Shown here piece after piece: positions 33,097-43,669 of a stretch of 64,000 nt of DNA. The DNA is taken from the NCBI GenBank assembly GCA_963849405.1, contig CAWKHG010000006.1:206891-270890 (forward strand), in the 5' to 3' direction. The stretch comes from an uncultured Chloroflexia bacterium (GTDB lineage Bacteria; Chloroflexota; Limnocylindria; Limnocylindrales; CSP1-4). The translations under genes were made by a program, and so were the position numbers. Below the pieces are notes generated by a model, which was given only the letters and a program-made list of their open reading frames with translations, did not search any database and was not told the DNA's origin. Every line of letters begins with the position of its first letter. The stretch's first letter is position 1.

Positions 33097-34587
33097 TCAG
33101 CCGCCGGCGTCCTCGCGCTGGGTCTCGGCGATCTTGCGCCGGTTCGATTCGGCCGGGCGAAGGGCGTCGGACATCCCGGCCATCGGCGGGCTGGCCCGGT
33201 TCTTCCGCCTCGGCTTCGCGGTCCTTGCCGCCTCGCGCTCGGCCATCCGGGCCGCGATCTGGATCTCGTGGCCCTGGTCGTTCGGGACGTAGTAGCGCCG
33301 GTCCTTCACCTCATCGGGCAGGTACTGCTGCGCGACGTCGTCGCCCTCGAAGTCGTGCGGGAACACGTAGCCGACGCCGATCCCGTGCGCCTTCATCCGC
33401 CGGTCGCCCGCGGTCCGCAGGTGGTTCGGGACCGGCAGCGAGCCCAGCCGCATGACGTCGGCGAGAGCCGCCGAATAGGCGCGCCCGACCGAGTCGCTCT
33501 TGGGCGAGATCGCGATGAAGATCGTCGCCTGGGCGAGCGCGTACTGCGCCTCGGGCAGGCCCACCCAGTCGAGCGCCTGGGACGCGGCGACGGCCACCGA
33601 CAGGGCGCGCGGGTCGGCGTTCCCGACATCCTCGCTCGCGGCGATGATCAGGCGGCGGGCGATGAACCGCGGGTCCTCACCGGCCGCGATCATCGACGCG
33701 AGCCAGTACAGCGCGCCGTCGGGGTCGTTGCCACGCAGGCTCTTGATGAACGCCGAGACCGTGTCGTAGTGGCCGTCGCCGGCCCGGTCGTAGGCGAGGA
33801 TCCGCTGCTGGGCCGCCTGCTCCACGTCGTCGAGCGTGGGTTCGACCCGGCCCTCGGCGTCGCGCGTGCCCTCGGCCTCGGCCAGCGCGACGGCGCCCTC
33901 CAGCACGTTGAGGGCCGTCCGGGCGTCGCCGCCGGCGAGGTCGACGAGATGGTCGAACGCCTCGTCGGCCAGGTGGACGCCGCCGTCCGGTCCCAGCTCC
34001 CCGGCGAGGCCCCGCTCCGGATCGGTCAGCGATCGCCGGACGACGACCGCGACCTGCTCGTTCGTCAGCGGCTCCAGGCGCCAGACCCGCAGCCGCGACA
34101 GGAGCGCCGCGTTGACCTCGAAGTAGGGGTTCTCGGTCGTGGCCCCGATGAGCGTGATCGTGCCGTCCTCGACGTGGGGCAGCAGCGCATCCTGCTGGGC
34201 CTTGTTGAAGCGGTGGATCTCGTCGAGGAACAGGACGGTCCGGTTGCCGTTGAGGGCGAGCTCGTCCTGCGCGCCGGCGATGACCGCGCGCACGTCGGCC
34301 ACGCCGCTCATGACCGCCGAAAGGGTCTCGAAGCGGGCGCCGACCGCCGCCGCGAGGAGCCGGGCCAGGCTCGTCTTGCCGGTGCCCGGCGGGCCCCACA
34401 GGAGGATCGAGGCCAGATGCCCCCGATCGAGGCCGCGGCGGAGCGGGCCGCGCTCACCGACGAGGTGCTCCTGGCCGACGAACTCCTCGAGATCGGCCGG
34501 ACGCATCCGGGCGGCGAGCGGCTGGCGCCCGGGCGGCGGTCGGAAGAGAGGCTCCGGCTTGGCGCCCTTCGTCGGTCGACCTGGCAT
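33097..34587 (-). CDS. rarA: replication-associated recombination protein A (RarA/MgsA AAA+ ATPase)
   Basis: Intact 496-aa ORF with Walker A GPPGTGKTS, LFLDEIHRFNKAQQDALLPHVEDGTITLIGATTENP and the MgsA C-terminal domain. Confidence 0.93.
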   Translation of the reverse strand: MPGRPTKGAKPEPLFRPPPGRQPLAARMRPADLEEFVGQEHLVGERGPLRRGLDRGHLASILLWGPPGTGKTSLARLLAAAVGARFETLSAVMSGVADVRAVIAGAQDELALNGNRTVLFLDEIHRFNKAQQDALLPHVEDGTITLIGATTENPYFEVNAALLSRLRVWRLEPLTNEQVAVVVRRSLTDPERGLAGELGPDGGVHLADEAFDHLVDLAGGDARTALNVLEGAVALAEAEGTRDAEGRVEPTLDDVEQAAQQRILAYDRAGDGHYDTVSAFIKSLRGNDPDGALYWLASMIAAGEDPRFIARRLIIAASEDVGNADPRALSVAVAASQALDWVGLPEAQYALAQATIFIAISPKSDSVGRAYSAALADVMRLGSLPVPNHLRTAGDRRMKAHGIGVGYVFPHDFEGDDVAQQYLPDEVKDRRYYVPNDQGHEIQIAARMAEREAARTAKPRRKNRASPPMAGMSDALRPAESNRRKIAETQREDAGG

Positions 34588-34593
34588 GCAGCC

Positions 34594-34599
34594 AGTCTA
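34594..34599 (-). promoter_or_regulatory. -10-like box TAGACT, 6 nt upstream of rarA ATG (leaderless-type promoter)
   Basis: The minus strand reads ..gcccgTAGACTggctgcATG, inside the 37-nt gap after the upstream gene's stop. Confidence 0.4.
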
Positions 34600-34624
34600 C
34601 GGGCGATCGCGGCCGCCGAGCGGC

Positions 34625-36481
34625 TCAGGCGACGTCGGCGCGGGGCGTCCAGAGGAGCGCAGTTGGGCGATCGGAGCCGGGCATGGGCGCGTCGGAGGCG
34701 GTCCGCAGGCCGTTCACGAAGGCGACGACGAAGGCCGGGTCGAGCTGGCTGCCGGCGGCGTCCTCGAGGCGGCGGATGGCCTCCTCGATGCCAAGGGCCT
34801 TGCGGTACGGGCGGGTCGTGGTCATCGCCGAGAATGCATCGGCTACCGCGAGGATCCGGGCGACGAGCGGGATGTCCTCGCCGGCCAGCCCGTCGAGGTA
34901 GCCGGTGCCGTCCCAGCGCTCGTGGTGGTGACGGACGCCGCCGCGGACCAGGCTCAGGTTGGGCACGTCGCGAACGATGAGGTCGCCCAGGGCGACGTGC
35001 TGCTTGACGATCGCGTACTCGTCCGCGGTCAGGGCGGCCGGCTTGCGCAGGATCGTGTCCGGGATGCCGATCTTGCCGACATCGTGGAGCAGCCCGGCGA
35101 CGCCCAGCGCGCGGCGCGTCTCGCCCTCGAGCCCGACCTGGTCGGCGATGAACAGGGCGTAGCGCGCCACGTCTTCCGAGTGGCGCTTCGTGTAGCGGTC
35201 CTTGGTATCGACGGCGATGACCAGCCCCTGGAGCACGTCGAAGCTCGACGAGGCGGCCATGTCCCTGCCGTCGCCGGTCGTCTCCGCGACCCGGATCGCG
35301 TCGCCGCCGCTCGCCTTGGCCTCGCGCAGCGTGACCGTTGCGACGGACAGGAGCTCGGTCGCGGCGTCGCCGTCGACCGGCGCGTAGCAGATGCCGGCGC
35401 TCACCGACAGGGGCAGCCGCTCGGAGGTCCCGAACTGGACGCTCGTGGCCGCGAGCGCGTACGCATACGCCCGATCGCCGGTTCGAGGTCGTGGGCGCAC
35501 TCGGGTGGCGCGATGGCCAGGAACTCGTCCGGCCCGAACCGGCCGAGGATCGAGGCGTTCGGACAGCTCCGCGCGCAGGATCCGGGCGACTTCGAGGAGG
35601 GCCGCGTCGCCGGCCGGGTGACCGTGGGCGTCGTTCACGAGCCGGAAGTTGTCGACGTCCACGATGGCGATGCCGACCGCGCCCGCCTGTCCGCGGTTGG
35701 TCTCGAGCTGGTTGGCCAGCTCCACGACGATCGAGCCGTGGTTCAGGAGCCCGGTGAGGGAGTCGCGCCGTTCGGCCTCTACGAGGGCCAGCGTCTGGCG
35801 GCGGAGGCGTCCGTCGGCCGCCCGGAAGACCAGGTAGAGCAGGATCCACAGGGCCGCGGCCGCGATGCCGGTCAGGGCCACGACCCGGTCGCGAGCCGCC
35901 GTCGCGGCGCCCAGGATCGGCGCCGCGTCGCGATAGACCTCGAAGACCGCCCCGACGTGGCCGTCGACCACGATCGGGATGTACTCCTCGAGCACCTGCT
36001 CCAGGTGCATGTCGGCGCGCAGGACCGTTGCGACCTCACCGTCGTCGGCATCCTTGATCGCGGTCGCTGCCTCCCCATCATGCAGCGCCTCGGCGAGCTC
36101 GTCGTCGTCCCCTGCGGAGCTCCCCACGACGTCCGCGCGGTCGCTGAACTGGACGATGCCCTGCGGTGAGTAGACCTTGATCTGGATGACCCCGCTGTCC
36201 GGATCGGCCACGAGCGCGGCGAAGTCGGCGCCGATCGCGGCGGCGACCGTCGGGTTGGCCGGGTTGCTCAGGTCGAGGCCCTGCCCGTCCCGGGTCAGGA
36301 ACGCGAGGACGAGCGACGTATCGGCCACCACGCTCGACTTGATCGCGGACGTCGTCACCCCGTCGGTCACGAGCCAGCCGAGCCCCACCGCGGTACCGGC
36401 GACCAGGGCGAGGCTCGCGGCGAAGACGATCGTCAGGAGTGTCGGCGATCGACGCCGAGGAGAGAGCGAAGGCACGCGCAC
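34625..36481 (-). CDS. membrane sensor protein with GGDEF-type and HD-GYP-type domains (internal compensated double frameshift)
   Basis: Order: N-terminal TM, ~190-aa extracytoplasmic region, TM, GGDEF-like domain (..DSLTGLLNHG..IVDVDNFRLVNDAHGHPAGD..), HD-GYP-type domain (..RHSEDVA..HDVGKIGIP..HHERWDGTGYL..). The GG(D/E)EF motif itself is readable only in an alternative frame over about 35465..35555. Confidence 0.85.
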   Translation of the reverse strand: MRVPSLSPRRRSPTLLTIVFAASLALVAGTAVGLGWLVTDGVTTSAIKSSVVADTSLVLAFLTRDGQGLDLSNPANPTVAAAIGADFAALVADPDSGVIQIKVYSPQGIVQFSDRADVVGSSAGDDDELAEALHDGEAATAIKDADDGEVATVLRADMHLEQVLEEYIPIVVDGHVGAVFEVYRDAAPILGAATAARDRVVALTGIAAAALWILLYLVFRAADGRLRRQTLALVEAERRDSLTGLLNHGSIVVELANQLETNRGQAGAVGIAIVDVDNFRLVNDAHGHPAGDAALLEVARILRAELSERLDPRPVRAGRVPGHRATRVRPRPRTGDRAYAYALAATSVQFGTSERLPLSVSAGICYAPVDGDAATELLSVATVTLREAKASGGDAIRVAETTGDGRDMAASSSFDVLQGLVIAVDTKDRYTKRHSEDVARYALFIADQVGLEGETRRALGVAGLLHDVGKIGIPDTILRKPAALTADEYAIVKQHVALGDLIVRDVPNLSLVRGGVRHHHERWDGTGYLDGLAGEDIPLVARILAVADAFSAMTTTRPYRKALGIEEAIRRLEDAAGSQLDPAFVVAFVNGLRTASDAPMPGSDRPTALLWTPRADVA

Positions 36482-36621
36482 GCTGTGACTGACCTCGTTC
36501 CGGAGGTGGGCGACCTCCAGCTCGACGGTAGGTGTCGGATCGGGGCGCGTCGATAGGAGATTCGGGGGAGTGCGGTGTGGTCCACGTGCGGCACGCCGGC
36601 CGTCGCGGGCCGGGCCGGGTC

Positions 36622-37015
36622 TCAGAGGCGGATGACGCCGACGACCTCGATGAGGATGTACAGCACGAGCAGGACCACGATCAGCGACCCACCGACCGTC
36701 GCGATGCGGCGCACGTCGCGGACCACGTACGTGTACTCCTGCTCACCCCGGATGGCCAGGAGGCTCCCGGTCCGGGTCCGTGGCGCGCCGTCGTCGCGCA
36801 GCAGGTCGTCGGTCCGCTTCCGATCGCGCGAACGGCTGCGCTCGCCCAGGGCCGCCGCTTCCTGGGCCACGATCTGCGCCTCGATCTCGGCCGCCCTTGC
36901 CTCTTCGGACGCGCTCAGCCCGCCGCTGCGCGACGGGCCGCCGGCCGGCCGGGCGCCCGGGCGAGGGCCGCGATTGCCGCGGGCGTTGCCCGCGCGTGCG
37001 CTGGCGCTTGGCCAT
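36622..37015 (-). CDS. hypothetical Arg-rich, C-terminally membrane-anchored protein
   Basis: The C-terminus is ..YTYVVRDVRRIATVGGSLIVVLLVLYILIEVVGVIRL. ATG 37015 (MAKRQRTRGQR.., GGAGG upstream) is offset by one frame from the main ORF 36622..37077, so either there is a frameshift near 36980 or the start is 37077. Confidence 0.45.
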
Positions 37016-37126
37016 GGTCGAGTGGGGCCTCCAGGGGTCCGATCGGAGTTCAGGTGTCGCCGGGCGGAGGATACCATCGGGCCTCGCCCAGGTGGTCCGG
37101 CGTGCAGGGCCGCCTGCTAGACTCCG

Positions 37127-37703
37127 ATGCCCCGCCCGGAGGATGCTCCCATCGATCTCAACGCGCTCGTCGGACCCAATATCGGCCTCGCGATCGCCGG
37201 CCTGACGGTGGTCGCGCTGATCGCGATCCTCGTCGCCGCGTTGCTGGCGCGGCGGGTCTCGCGGCTCGAGCGCCGGCTGGGCGTCCTCACCCGGGGCGAG
37301 GACGGGCGCAGCCTCGAGAACGTCCTCGGACGCTCACCTCGACCGGGTCCTGGCCGTCTCGCGAGCGGTCGACGACCTGGGCCGGCGCACGTCGTCGGTC
37401 GAGACGAGCGCCCGGAGCGCCCTCCAGCGGGTCGGCATCGTCCGCTACAACCCGTTCGAAGAGACCGGTGGCAACCAGAGCTTCGCGCTGGCGCTCCTCG
37501 ATGCGGAGGACCACGGGATCATCATCAGCAGCCTCCACGCGCGCTCGGGGACGCGGGTCTACGCCAAGGCGGTCACGAGCGGCCGGCCGGCCGGCGCGTT
37601 GTCCAACGAGGAGGCCGAGGCCCTGCGCCTCGCGCAGGGCGCCACCAAGGGGCGGCCCGCGGTCGCCGAACACGCCCTTCCGGGACCCGTTCCGACGGCG
37701 TGA
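37127..37703 (+). CDS. DUF4446-like protein (N-terminal TM; 1 apparent frameshift)
   Basis: ORF 37127..37711 (..IGLAIAGLTVVALIAILVAALLARR..) shifts near 37326 into ..LDRVLAVSRAVDDLGRR..VGIVRYNPFEETGGNQSFALALLD..HGIIISSLHARSGTRVYAK.., ending at TGA 37701..37703. Confidence 0.7.
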
Positions 37704-37806
37704 CGACCTAGCTGGCACGGCGACGCCCGATGATCCCGGCATGGTCCTCGATGCCCCCTCTTCTCGATCCGTCCATCCCGTCCCCGGTCGCCGCCGCCGC
37801 GAGCGG

Positions 37807-40800
37807 ATGAGCCGCCCGCGGGTCCGCCGCGAACCGGCCGGCCTGCGCCAGATCCCCGTATGGGGCGCCGAGGTGGGCGGGGGAGCCCCTGGGGCAGCGG
37901 GCGCCGATGGGGGCGCGAACCCCGACCATGGCGTCGCCGCCCTGCTGGCCGGCCTGAACCGCGAGCAGTCGCGGGCCGTCTGCCACGGCGACGGGCCGCT
38001 GCTCATCGTGGCCGGCGCCGGTACCGGCAAGACCCAGGTCATCACGCGCCGGATCGCCTGGCTCATCGCCCAGAAGAAGGTGCGGCCGTCGGAGATCCTC
38101 GCCCTGACGTTCACGGACAAGGCCGCCGAGGAGATGAGCGTCCGGGTCGACCAGCTCGTCCCGTACGGGTACACGGACACCGCGATCTCGACGTTCCACG
38201 CCTTCGGCGACCGGCTGGTGCGGGAGTTCGCGCTCGAGCTCGGCCTCCCGATCGACGTGCGCGTACTGTCCCGGGCCGAGGTCGTCGTGTTCCTGCGCGA
38301 GCACCTGTTCGAGCTCGGCCTGGATCGGTACCGGCCGCTGGGCGACCCGACGCGCTTCCTGCGAGCGCTCGCGACGCATTTCTCGCGCTGCAAGGACGAG
38401 GACGTCTCCCCGGCGCGCTACCTCGAGCTCGCCGAGCGACGGGTCGCGGAGGCGGCACTGACGGCCGCGTCATGCGCGGCGGCCGGGGACGGCGCCACGG
38501 CCGAGGAGCGCGAGGCCGCCGCGGCCGCGACCGAGGAGGCCGGTCGGACAGCTCGAGCTCGCCGCGTGCGTTCGGGCGCTACCAGGTGCTCCTCGGCCGG
38601 GCCGGCTACCTCGACTTCGGCGACCAGGTGAGCCTCGCGCTGCGCCTCCTGCGCGAGTCGGCCGCGGTCCGGCGGCGCGTCCAGGCTCGCTTCCGGTACA
38701 TCCTCGTCGACGAGTTCCAGGACACGAATCGGGCCCAGTTCGAGCTCGTCGCGCTCCTGGCCAAGGGCCACGGCAACGTGACGGTGGTGGGCGACGACGA
38801 CCAGTCGATCTACCGGTTCCGGGGCGCCGCGATCAGCAACATCCTGGGCTTCCAGGAGCGCTACCCGCGGGCCCGCCTGGTCGTGCTGCGCCGCAACTAC
38901 CGCTCGCGCGCCCCGATCCTCGACGCCGCCTACCGGCTCATCCGCCACAACGATCCGGATCGGCTCGAGGTCCGGGCGGGGATCGTCAAGCGGCTGCGGT
39001 CCGAACGGCCGTTGGCCGGCGCGACGCCGGTCCGTGCCGAGGCCTTCGCCACCGGCTCGGACGAGGCCGACTGGATCGCCGCGGAGATCGGCCGGCGCAT
39101 CGCGGCCGGGGCCGCGCCACGCGACCACGCGGTGCTCGTCCGGACGAACGCCGGCGCCGACCCGATCGTGCGCGCGTTCAACGTCGCCGGGATCCCATGG
39201 CGGTTCTCGGGCACCTCGGGGCTGTACGCCCGGCCCGAGATCCGGCTGCTGCTCGCCGCGCTGCGGGCGATCGCCGACCTCGGCTCGGGGCCGGACCTCT
39301 ACGCGCTGGCCGCGTCCGAGGTGTACGGGCTCGGCGGCGAGGACCTGACGACGATCGTCAACGCCGCACGGCGCCGCAATCGCAGCATCTGGGAGGTCGT
39401 CGAGGAGCTGACCCGCCAGCCCGGCCTCCTCCGGCTCTCCCCGGCGACCCGCCCCGTCCTCGCCCGGCTCGTCACGGACCTGCGCCGCTGGACGAGCCTC
39501 GCCCACGAGCGGCCGACGGGCGAGGTCCTGTACGTCTTCCTGCGCGAGTCCGGGCTGTTGGCTCGCTGGGCGGCGCCCGACTCGATCACGGCCGAGGAGT
39601 CGCTGCGCAACGTGGCCCGGTTCTTCGAGCTCATCCGCGACCATGGCGAGCTCGCCGCGGACCCGCGGCCCGCGTTCCTCGTGCCCCATCTCGCGGCCCT
39701 GCTGGAGGCGGGCGACGACCCGGCCACGGTCGACCTGGACCCGGACGCCGACGCCGTGGCCGTGCTCACGGTGCACAAGGCCAAGGGCCTCGAGTTCCCG
39801 ACGGTGTTCCTGGCCGGCCTCGTTGCCGGTCGCTTCCCGACCGCCGGCCGCCGCGACCCGCTGCCGGTCCCCGAGGAGCTGTTCGACGCCGTCGAGCTCG
39901 AGGGCGAGGTCGAGCTCCAGGAGGAGCGCCGGCTGTTCTACGTCGCGATGACCCGCGCTCGCGACGAGCTCATCCTGTGCCACGCGGGCGACTACGGTGG
40001 GACGCGCGCTCGGCGCGTGTCACCATTCGTTCTCGAGGCGCTCGACCAGCCGTCGATCGCGATCGCGCCAGGTGCCGGGGCTGCCGTCCCGGCGCCGCTC
40101 CAGCGGCTCGCGGCATTCGAGGCGGTCGTACCGCCGAGCGAAGGCGCACGCGCGCCCGTAACGGAGCCACTGATGCTCAGCTTCGGGGCCATCGATGCCT
40201 ATCTCACGTGTCCCGCCAAGTACCGCTACGGACACGTGCTGCGGATCCCCGTGGCGCCCCATCACGCGCTCGTGTACGGGGCGGCCATGCACACGGCCGT
40301 CCAGGAATTCCATCGCCGCCACGCGAAGGGTGAGGTGATGTCCGAGGAGGCGCTCGCGGCGTCGTTCGAGGCGGCCTGCACGAGCGAGGGGTTCCTCACG
40401 CGCGACCACGAGCAGGCCCGCCTGGCCGCCGGCCGCGACGCGCTCCGCCGCTTCCGCGAGGACCAGCTCAAGCCCGGTGCCGTGATTCCCTCGTACGTGG
40501 AGCGGGAGTTCGCGTTCAGCCTGGGCGGCGACCGCATCCGCGGGCGCTGGGACCGGGTCGACATCGAAACGGTCGACGGCGACACGGCCGTCGGGATCGC
40601 CCCGGCGAGCGAGCCGGCGGCCGCGGTGGGAACCGATGCCACCGTCGCCGTGCTGCCCGACGTGGTCGAGGACACCCTGCCGCTCATGCCCCGGGAGCGG
40701 GTGACGATCACGGATTACAAGTCGAGCGACGTCCGCGATCCGGCCGTCGCCCGCAAGAGGGCCCGCGAGTCGCTCCAGCTCGCGATCTATGCCCTGGCGT

Positions 40801-41027
40801 ATCAGGCCCAGACCGGCCGGCTCCCCGACGCGGTCCAGCTGTGGTTCCTCGACTCCGGGGTCGTCGGGCGGGCGGAGCTCGATCCGAAGCGCCTGGCCAA
40901 GGCCCGTGGGCGGATCGCCCAGGCGAGCGAGGGCATCCGGGCTCGCGACTTCACGGCCCGCCCGGACCCGCTGGCCTGCGGCTACTGCCCGTACCGGGAC
41001 ATCTGCCCGTCGAGCGCGACCGCGTGA
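37807..41027 (+). CDS. UvrD/PcrA-type superfamily-1 helicase fused to a PD-(D/E)XK nuclease with Fe-S cysteines (1-2 apparent frameshifts)
   Basis: Helicase motifs are AGAGTGKT, ILVDEFQDTN, VVGDDDQSIYRFRGA, TVHKAKGLEFP and YVAMTRAR. The C-terminus has GRWDRVD..ITDYKS plus CPAKY...CGYCPYRDIC (C-Xn-C-X2-C-X5-C). The N-terminus comes from ORF 36532..38631. Frame break(s) lie near 38545..38575. The start (ATG 37807) is uncertain. Confidence 0.88.
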
Positions 41028-41037
41028 CCGGCCGCTC

Positions 41038-41839
41038 GTGAGCGATCGGCGCGGACCGCCCCTCCGGCCGGCGGCGATCACGTTCGACTTCGGGAACACG
41101 CTCGTGCCCGTGCCCGGGGACGCGCTCCAGCGGGTCGTCGAGCGGACGGCGACCGCCGTCGTGGCCCGATCCGGGCCGTTCCCGCGCGACGCGTTCCTCG
41201 CCGCCTGGCACGAGGAGCGCGAGCGCCAGTTCGCCGAGGAGGTGCCCGACGGACGCGAGGTCGACGTCGACCAGCGCGTCATCCGGGTGCTGGCCCGGAT
41301 GCGCGGGTTGGCGCCGCCGGCTCCAACCCGTTCGCTGGGACGATGTCGCGGCCGCCCGGCGATCGGAACCCGGGGAGCGTGCGGAGGCCGTGGAGGCCTA
41401 CAGCGCCGCGTTCGTCGCGGAGATCCGGCCGCCCCCGGACGTCGGGCCGATCCTGGCCACGCTGGCCGCCCGGTTCCCGCTCGCCGTCCTGTCCAACTGG
41501 CCGCTCGCGGCCACGATCGACCGGTTCGTCGCCGAGGCCGGCTGGGCCGGCTACTTCAAGGCGATCGTGGTGTCGCAACGGGTGGGCGCGATCAAGCCGG
41601 CGCCGGAGATCTTCGCGGTGGCGGCCGACGCGCTCGGCACTGCCGGGGAGCGGATCCTCCACGTCGGCGACGACTGGCAGGCCGACGTGGTCGGGGCCAA
41701 GCGGGCGGGCTGGCTGGCCGCGTACCTGCGCGACCGGCAGGGCGACTCGCCGTTGCCCTCAAGCGCCCCGGACGACTCCGTCCGGGCCGATCTCGTCATC
41801 GACCACCTGGCGGACCTCGTCGACGCGCTCGCGGTGTGA
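41038..41839 (+). CDS. HAD-superfamily hydrolase (1 apparent frameshift)
   Basis: GTG 41038 gives ..AITFDFGNTLV (motif I DxG variant). ORF 41390..41839 supplies ..LAVLSNW.., ..IKPAPEIF.. and ..HVGDDWQADVVGA... The frame break is near 41320. Confidence 0.8.
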
Positions 41840-41884
41840 ACCGGCCGCCGGGTCCGCCTGCCCCGGCCGGTACACTCGAACCCG

Positions 41885-42259
41885 ATGGAGGTTCGTGACC
41901 GGCTGGCCAACCTCGCGATCCTCGCGGCTGCGATCGCGGCCTGGGTGCTCGTCGGCATCGTCGTCACCACCCGCGATCCCCGCCTCGACCCCGGCGCCGG
42001 GTTCATGGGCGCGCTGGTCATCGGCGTGGCGACGGGGCTCACGACCGTGCCGCTCTTCTGGCTCGCCGTCTTCGCCCGCCACCGCCGGATCGCCTATCGC
42101 GGCGACTGGTTCCGGGCCGCGCGGCGGGGCGGCTGGGTCGCCATCGTGATCGCCCTGTTCATCGGCCTGCGGCTCCAGGACGCGCTGCAGCTGCCCATCG
42201 CCCTGTTCGTCGTGACGATGGTCACCGTGGCCGAAGCCTGGCTGTCCACCGACGACTGA
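41885..42259 (+). CDS. hypothetical membrane protein (4 predicted helices)
   Basis: 124-aa ORF with hydrophobic segments throughout. TACACT lies 8 nt upstream of the ATG (41871..41876). Confidence 0.5.
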   Translation: MEVRDRLANLAILAAAIAAWVLVGIVVTTRDPRLDPGAGFMGALVIGVATGLTTVPLFWLAVFARHRRIAYRGDWFRAARRGGWVAIVIALFIGLRLQDALQLPIALFVVTMVTVAEAWLSTDD

Positions 42260-42295
42260 CCCGAGTCCATCGCCGTCCTGCACGAGGAGCTGTTC

Positions 42296-43504
42296 GTGAC
42301 CGTCTTCGATCCCGCGACCCGACCCGCCGAGCCCGCGGCCGATGCGAAGCGCCGGCTGGCCGAGGCCGTCGAAGCCGCGCGAGCCGAGATCCTCGCGCTG
42401 GACCACGCGATCCACGAGCACCCCGAGCCGGCGTACGAGGAACACCAGGCCGCGGCGTGGGTCGCCGAGGCGATCGCCCGGCACGGCTTCACGGTCGAGC
42501 TCCCGGCGGGCAGCCTCGCGACCGCGGTCCGCGGCCGGCTGCGCGGTGGCCGGGGCGGCGATGGGCCGCGGATCGGGATCCTCGCGGAGTACGACGCGCT
42601 GCCCGGCCTGGGTCACGGCTGCGGTCACAACATGATGGCTGCGTCCGGGGTGGGCGCCGCGATCGCCCTCGCGTCCATCGCCGACGAGCTGCCCGGCGAG
42701 ATCGTGTTCCTCGGCTGTCCCGCGGAGGAGCGGGGGAGCGGCAAGAAGCAGATGATCGAGGACGGGCTGTTCGAGGGTCTGGACGCCGCGCTCCTGTTCC
42801 ACCCGTCCGACTGGACGCAGGTCGGCTGCGCGCTCCTCGCCGCCGACGATGTCACGGTGACCTACACGGGCCTCCAGGCGCACGCGTCGTCGGAGCCCTG
42901 GCTGGGCAAGAACGCCCTCGATGCGCTGATCCTGCTGTTCACCTCGATCGGCCTGTGGCGCCAGCAGCTGCCCCGCCACGCGCGGGTGCACGGGATCGTG
43001 ATCGAGGGCGGGACCGCCTCGAACATCATCCCGGATCGGGCGGTCGGCCGGTTCATGATCCGGTCCAGCGAACAGGCCTACTACGAGGCGATGGGGCCGC
43101 GCTTCCGGACGATGTGCGAGGCGGCGGCCATGGCGACCGACACGACCGTCGAGGTCGTCTTCTCCGGCGGCTCGGCGACGATGAAGGACAACACCGTCCT
43201 GCGCGATCGGTTCCTGGCAAACCTCACGCCGTATGGCTTCGAGGACAGCCCGATCGACTACGAGCGCATGGGCAGCTCCGACATGGGCAACGTCTCGCAG
43301 GTCGTGCCGACGATCCATCCATACCTCGCGGCGTGCGAGTACGGCGTGCCCGGGCACTCGATCCAGTTCCGCGACGCCGCGGCGACGCCATGGGCGGACG
43401 CGGTGACCCTGGTCGCCGCCACCGTCGTGGCCCAGACCGCGTACGAGCTGTTCAGCGACCCGGCCCTGGTGGCGGCCGCCTGGAGCGAGTTCCGCGGGGG
43501 CTGA
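42296..43504 (+). CDS. M20-family amidohydrolase/metallopeptidase
   Basis: Intact 402-aa ORF. The GTG start is preceded by GAGGAG. ..EYDALPGLGHGCGHNMMAASGVGAAIAL..FLGCPAEE.. is typical of M20 amidohydrolases. Confidence 0.85.
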   Translation: MTVFDPATRPAEPAADAKRRLAEAVEAARAEILALDHAIHEHPEPAYEEHQAAAWVAEAIARHGFTVELPAGSLATAVRGRLRGGRGGDGPRIGILAEYDALPGLGHGCGHNMMAASGVGAAIALASIADELPGEIVFLGCPAEERGSGKKQMIEDGLFEGLDAALLFHPSDWTQVGCALLAADDVTVTYTGLQAHASSEPWLGKNALDALILLFTSIGLWRQQLPRHARVHGIVIEGGTASNIIPDRAVGRFMIRSSEQAYYEAMGPRFRTMCEAAAMATDTTVEVVFSGGSATMKDNTVLRDRFLANLTPYGFEDSPIDYERMGSSDMGNVSQVVPTIHPYLAACEYGVPGHSIQFRDAAATPWADAVTLVAATVVAQTAYELFSDPALVAAAWSEFRGG

Positions 43505-43669
43505 CGACGGCGCTCGCCGTTCGGGCCGCCACGAACGCGGACGGGCGGGGCGTATCATCGCGACGACGCGCCCCGCTGGACGTCGGATGCGCACCGGCGG
43601 CGCCCCCTTGAGACGGCCTCTTCACGCGTCCGCCGTTCGCGGCCACGCACCGTCTCCCGGAGGTCACCC

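Noticed and set aside
37118-37123. TAGACT box upstream of the DUF4446-like gene as another leaderless promoter
   Set aside because: It ends only 3 nt before ATG 37127, too close for the transcription start to fall on the start codon, so it does not fit the N6-N8 geometry of the other cases. Either the start codon is different or the box serves another role. The related box at 14385..14390 is 63 nt from its ATG.
43505-43669. Possible riboswitch (for example guanidine-type) in the 165-nt leader of the agmatinase-family gene
   Set aside because: There is only a simple hairpin, gcggggcg-N14-cgccccgc. I could not recognise the conserved cores of the ykkC, mini-ykkC (ACGR loops) or guanidine-III motifs. 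A covariance-model scan would be needed to say more.
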